NCBI GenBank assembly: GCA_963831855.1
Contig: CAWHSA010000002.1
Coordinates: 248,214-312,213 of the forward strand
DNA length: 64,000 nucleotides
Reading direction: 5' to 3'
Source of the DNA: an uncultured Bacteroidales bacterium
Lineage (GTDB): Bacteria; Bacteroidota; Bacteroidia; Bacteroidales; VadinHA17
The notes under the pieces were generated by a model. It saw only the letters and a list, made by a program, of their open reading frames with translations. It was not told where the DNA came from and searched no databases. This document shows, one piece after another, positions 60,042-64,000 of the stretch (positions within the stretch are counted from its first letter, which is position 1; each line of letters starts with the position of its first letter). The position numbers and the translations under genes are program-made.

Positions 60042-61796
60042 TTAATTCCTCTTTTTCACACTCTTAACAAGAGCTTCCGGTACAGATACAAGTTCTATAC
60101 CATTCCCGGTTCCAAGATTCCGTGAATACTGCTTATCTACCGGGTCGTTCCAATGTTCGTGAACACCAAGGACAGGTATCGGCTTACCGCTGTTATCCGG
60201 GTCATAAACAATTCCCTGCGGCCAGTTGGCGGCGTCGGCAGCCTGATGCATGTAATCATCAACGCCAAACATATTGGGTATAGCTTCCCATCCATTATTT
60301 ACAGCATCATGTTTATGAACTCCGTCAAACTCTGACCTCAGGAAGTCGAAACCAACCGATTCTATCGCTACAGGATCAAGTGACATGAATATGGAGTTAC
60401 TCCAGCTGTTATTAAACGGAGGCATCAGATATTTTACAGGACCCTTTATTTCACTTGAACCTCCTCCGAACATTCCTTCAACACACCATAAAACTGAGTT
60501 TTGCCCGAGGTATTTGCTTCCCATAAGATCTACGAAAACCCTGTATTTATGGTAGCCTGTGTTAGTAGCAGTACCTTCTCTCCTGTTGGCAACATGTGAA
60601 TAATGAAGATGGCCTGCACCGTTTCTTCCTATATTCCCGAAATTAAGCTTTGCTGTCAATGAAACTCCCGCAGCTCCATGAGGCTTAAGAACTGCCATAT
60701 AGATCAAATAATCAGCATTTTCAAGAATATCATAAAGTTTGTCAGTAATGGTTTTATCGGAGTAGAACACAAGCGGCTTTTCTGTCATTTTGATAAGAGT
60801 ACGCCCAAATGTTGTTGAACCTCTGTCTATATATTTAACATTTGGGAATTCTTTTACCCACACATTATAATTATGAGCATAGATCGGATTCATAGGGTCC
60901 CCTACAGCTATGTCTGCCTGATCAATCCCGCATTCATTAACAAGTTCCTTCAGCAATTCAAGCACAACGTAGGGACCATTTTCAGTAGGTTCCATGCTTG
61001 CCCTCCTGCTGTCTTTTTCAGGGAGTGATTTAGGAAGTGCATAACCATTCTCTTTATCAGCTTTGCTCAGGGTCCAGCCTGCCTGTCCCTGGTTTATCTT
61101 AATGAAAATCTTTTCTCCTTTTGTATATCCTGTGGTTTTACCATGTTTCTTTTCATTGAAAAACCTGAACATTGCATCCCAGGCTTTAGCAGTCGTATTT
61201 TTACCGGTAAGTTTAAGAACTCCGTCGCGGAACATCTTGCCCTGGACCGTTCCATTATTGTTTTCCGGATTTGCAAACCAGTCGCCTTTATCAGGATCAT
61301 TATGTTCAAACTTTTCATTCGTTGCATCCGGATTCCATACCCACACTACCCGTCCGGGGAATATACCCTTTGCCTCACCGAAAGGCTGGTTTGGTCCATC
61401 TTCAGGTCCTGTCCTTGTCTCTGTTGTCTGAAATAATGACTCAGTATTATTGACCGGGATTACTGCCATAGCTACTATAACTCCCGCCAGAAGCATCATC
61501 GTAGCTCCTAATCTCACATTTATTATTTTACGCTTCGACCTCCTTGATATCGCAGTCAGTCCGGCAACTGCCAGAAGATAAGTAACAAATCCCGACATAA
61601 ATGGTGCTGCCACTCTCATACATGGATAGGTGGCCCTCGATGGTTTTGGAATTACCCTTATCAGAAACCATATCGTTGAAGCAATACCCATTAAAAAAAA
61701 TATCAGCTTATATGGCAGACGATGTCTTAAAAGCCAGTCTCTCATTTGTCCTAACTTACCTTTTAACCTGGAAATATCAAATTTCATTTGCTGCAT
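60042..61796 (-). CDS. Membrane-anchored DUF362-like protein of unknown function
   Basis: 584 aa. N-terminal TM segments (LIFFLMGIASTIWFLI; FVTYLLAVAGLTAI; LGATMMLLAGVIVAMAV) flank a conserved-looking KPSRATYPCMRVAAPF motif. The body has the DUF362 pattern as I recall it: IFIKINQG..., PYVVLELLKELVNECGIDQADIAVGD, YLIYMAVLKPHGAAGVSLTAKLNFG, MSLDPVAIESVGFDFL. The family call is from memory of motifs. Confidence 0.5.
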   Translation of the reverse strand: MQQMKFDISRLKGKLGQMRDWLLRHRLPYKLIFFLMGIASTIWFLIRVIPKPSRATYPCMRVAAPFMSGFVTYLLAVAGLTAISRRSKRKIINVRLGATMMLLAGVIVAMAVIPVNNTESLFQTTETRTGPEDGPNQPFGEAKGIFPGRVVWVWNPDATNEKFEHNDPDKGDWFANPENNNGTVQGKMFRDGVLKLTGKNTTAKAWDAMFRFFNEKKHGKTTGYTKGEKIFIKINQGQAGWTLSKADKENGYALPKSLPEKDSRRASMEPTENGPYVVLELLKELVNECGIDQADIAVGDPMNPIYAHNYNVWVKEFPNVKYIDRGSTTFGRTLIKMTEKPLVFYSDKTITDKLYDILENADYLIYMAVLKPHGAAGVSLTAKLNFGNIGRNGAGHLHYSHVANRREGTATNTGYHKYRVFVDLMGSKYLGQNSVLWCVEGMFGGGSSEIKGPVKYLMPPFNNSWSNSIFMSLDPVAIESVGFDFLRSEFDGVHKHDAVNNGWEAIPNMFGVDDYMHQAADAANWPQGIVYDPDNSGKPIPVLGVHEHWNDPVDKQYSRNLGTGNGIELVSVPEALVKSVKKRN

Positions 61797-61956
61797 GATA
61801 TGCTATCCTTTAAGGTTTAATATTGCAAGATTAAAAATGTTCTGATAAACCTGATTGCTAAAAAAAAAATTTAAGATTCATTAACTTCTTTATTGTTCAG
61901 GTAACCGAAAATCTAAAGTAAATGCAAGAAAAATAAAAGTAAGAATCCTTATTGTG

Positions 61957-62754
61957 TCAATTGTCAGTGAATTCCAGCAATCCAAAACGTGAAGGCTGAT
62001 GAACATCTTTCCTTATATCATATATCGGAAAGAGAGTAGACGTTGAACGGAATCTGTCATCCACAAAATTCCTGTCCTGCCTGACTGCCTGGAATGCCCA
62101 TCTTACCCCGGCTTTTGGACGGTAAATATTTTGAAAATCACTAAATACCGCAAATGGAATTGCAAATTCCATTCGCCACATCTTATCCTTGTCTTTGTCA
62201 TTATTTATTGTTCCCTCATAGGTTACCTCAACTTTATAAACCGGGTTATAGCCCCTGATAAAGATAGTTCTGTTATTATAATACCTCCAAAGTACAATAT
62301 AGTCATATGCAGCTTTTGTTATATTAATTTCAAATCCAAAGTGCATATACAGGCTGTCTGGAACAGGAACACAAAAGAATTCCGCACAATCGTCCAGATA
62401 AGGCCGGGCGTCAAAATTCTTTTCGCGTGCGGTAAGCGAAGTGTCTTCACATTCGTAAAATAAATAGAGATTAACATCATCCCACATCATTCTGAATTTG
62501 GAATTCTGTTTCTCAACAGGCTTATCACCCCTGTAGAAATAATTGAATGACTGTACTTCTGCATTCTTCCAGGATGGTTCATCCATTTTACCATCTACTA
62601 TAACAGGCTCCCTGGCTCTTGAAACTTTATAAACCGGTTGTTGTCCTATTACGAGTTGTTTTTCAGCCTGGGAGAAGAGGGGCATTTCCGCAGAAAGAAA
62701 TATTATAACAGCAAAGGTTGTTAGTCTCAGCTGGTTAATAAATGAATGTTTCAT
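61957..62754 (-). CDS. Secreted CBM9-like / DOMON-like carbohydrate-binding-family-9 domain protein
   Basis: 265 aa with a signal peptide. REPVIVDGKMDEPSWKNAEVQSFNYFYRG...FRMMWDDVNLYLFYECEDTSL...DDCAEFFCVP...WRMEFAIPFAVF...VRWAFQAVRQDR is the pattern of CBM9_1-type (DOMON-clan) domains. Confidence 0.6.
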   Translation of the reverse strand: MKHSFINQLRLTTFAVIIFLSAEMPLFSQAEKQLVIGQQPVYKVSRAREPVIVDGKMDEPSWKNAEVQSFNYFYRGDKPVEKQNSKFRMMWDDVNLYLFYECEDTSLTAREKNFDARPYLDDCAEFFCVPVPDSLYMHFGFEINITKAAYDYIVLWRYYNNRTIFIRGYNPVYKVEVTYEGTINNDKDKDKMWRMEFAIPFAVFSDFQNIYRPKAGVRWAFQAVRQDRNFVDDRFRSTSTLFPIYDIRKDVHQPSRFGLLEFTDN

Positions 62755-62868
62755 TGCCAGAGATTAGTTTAAATAATGACCAAATTTATAAAATTCCGGA
62801 CATAAAGATTATTTAAAGTAAATATCTGTTAATTTTAAAAATTCAAAAGATTAATAAAGCCCTGATCA

Positions 62869-64000
62869 ATGAAAACCAGTTTAAAAAATTCTTTCTTTGC
62901 GGCAATTCTACTATGCTTAACCTTAATTTCCTGCACAGAAAAACCGGCACCCGAATCACTTCCCAGAAGCGTTCCGGAAGCTGAGGGAGTTTCATCAAAA
63001 GCTATAATAACTTTCCTCGACTCTGCTGCAACAAGCAACCAGGAGTTCCATAGTTTTATGTTTCTCAGGCATGGCAAGGTTGTTGCCGAGGGCTGGTGGA
63101 ATCCTTTCCGTCCTGATTTGAAGCACACTCTGTACTCAGCCAGTAAAAGCTTTACATCCACGGCAATAGGCCTGGCGATTAAAGAAAAAAGGCTAAGTAT
63201 CGATGATAAGGTAATTTCATTCTTTCCTGAATCCTTACCTGATACGGTAAGTCCCTTTTTAGCAGAGCTTAAAATAAAGGATCTGCTGTCCATGTCAACA
63301 GGACAAAGGCGTGAATCTTCAACAATGACAGCCGGTTGGGTTAAAGCATATCTGGAGACGCCGGTTACTATTGAACCAGGAACAATATACCGGTACAGTT
63401 CAATGGCCTCTTTTATGTTATCAGCTATAGTCCAGAAAGTAACCGGTGAAAAAGTAATAGACTACCTTACTCCAAGGTTATTTAATCCCCTGGGAATAGA
63501 AGGAGCTGACTGGGAAACAAATCCGGACGGAATAAATACAGGTGGTTGGGGATTGAGACTGAAGACAGAAGATCTGGCAAAGTTCGGACAGTTCTATCTT
63601 CAGAAGGGCAATTGGAACGGGAAACAAATTCTTCCGGAAAAATGGGTTGAAGAAGCTACCTCTCTTAAAATATATCAGAATCCCGATATTTCACTGTCTA
63701 AAAGAGATTCCTCAAATGATTCTATGCAGGGATACTGCTACCAGTTCTGGCGTGCCCGGCATAATTCATATATGGCCAACGGAGCCTTTGGCCAGTTTAT
63801 ACTGATAATGCCCGATAAAGATGCGGTAGTAATATTTACTGCAGAATCTTCAGATATGTGGGGTGAACTGGACATGGTATGGAAGTATCTCTATCCGGGT
63901 ATCAGGGATGAAAAATTGCCGGAAGATGAAAAGTCCGTTGCAGAAATGAAGCAAAAATTAGCATCTCTTGCTCTGGCATTTCCAGCAAAGAGCAATAATG
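62869..64000 (+). CDS. Beta-lactamase-family serine hydrolase (class C/PBP4*-like), lipoprotein, 3' end outside window
   Basis: Absent from the ORF track because it has no stop in the window. My translation from ATG 62869 reads MKTSLKNSFFAAILLCLTLISCTEKPAPE...FMFLRHGKVVAEGWWNPFRPDLKHTLYSASKSFTSTAIGLAIKE...IYRYSSMASFMLSAIVQKVTGEKVIDYL.... The SxxK motif is SASK. The overlapping minus ORF 62835-63293 is a shadow ORF. Confidence 0.8.
   Translation, partial: MKTSLKNSFFAAILLCLTLISCTEKPAPESLPRSVPEAEGVSSKAIITFLDSAATSNQEFHSFMFLRHGKVVAEGWWNPFRPDLKHTLYSASKSFTSTAIGLAIKEKRLSIDDKVISFFPESLPDTVSPFLAELKIKDLLSMSTGQRRESSTMTAGWVKAYLETPVTIEPGTIYRYSSMASFMLSAIVQKVTGEKVIDYLTPRLFNPLGIEGADWETNPDGINTGGWGLRLKTEDLAKFGQFYLQKGNWNGKQILPEKWVEEATSLKIYQNPDISLSKRDSSNDSMQGYCYQFWRARHNSYMANGAFGQFILIMPDKDAVVIFTAESSDMWGELDMVWKYLYPGIRDEKLPEDEKSVAEMKQKLASLALAFPAKSNN

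Noticed and set aside
62835-63293. A 152-aa minus-strand ORF at the window's right end.
   Set aside because: It is overlapped by a plus-strand ORF (from ATG 62869) with a lipoprotein signal and an SxxK beta-lactamase-family core that runs to the end of the window. The minus ORF is a shadow frame.

Overview
The window is almost entirely one large, nearly unidirectional (minus-strand) Bacteroidota-type polysaccharide utilization locus. All calls come from reading the supplied ORF translations and my own hand translations; no database search was run.

Layout, low to high coordinates (the reverse of transcription order):
- A susC/susD pair. susD is partial and runs off the window start.
- A LacI-family regulator.
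- A long run of secreted exo-glycosidases: GH43 x2, GH97 x2, GH95 x2, GH31 x2, GH2 x2, GH29 x2, GH3, GH127, and a DUF4038/GH140-like enzyme. A GH5-like clan GH-A enzyme sits on the plus strand.
- An unusually heavy esterase complement of 11 catalytic domains.
- Three uncharacterised genes at the upstream end: CBM9/DOMON-like, membrane-anchored DUF362-like, and a stand-alone two-component-regulator-type beta-propeller.
- A partial plus-strand beta-lactamase-family serine hydrolase at the window end.

Most notable observations:
1. Five tandem CBM48-like/CE1-type esterase paralogs. Four carry a 55-60 aa Pro/Ala/Gly-rich low-complexity insertion at the same site inside the hydrolase domain, partly encoded by in-frame 24-nt and 15-nt tandem DNA repeats. 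N- and C-halves show mosaic similarity across that site.
2. The uncharacterised CBM9-like / DUF362 / propeller trio heading the esterase array.
3. An orphan TAXI-type solute-binding protein next to a type-B carboxylesterase.
4. Several disrupted or relic reading frames: a split GH95-like gene lacking the catalytic signature, a GH29 N-terminal relic with an in-frame TAG, a frameshifted small CBM-like gene, a GH29 whose signal peptide is out of frame, and a fragment between the two GH43 genes. These are either real gene decay or indel assembly errors.
5. Candidate operator palindromes around the LacI gene, and two strong Shine-Dalgarno-like motifs in a phylum that rarely uses them.

I saw no rRNA, tRNA, CRISPR array, transposase or integrase.
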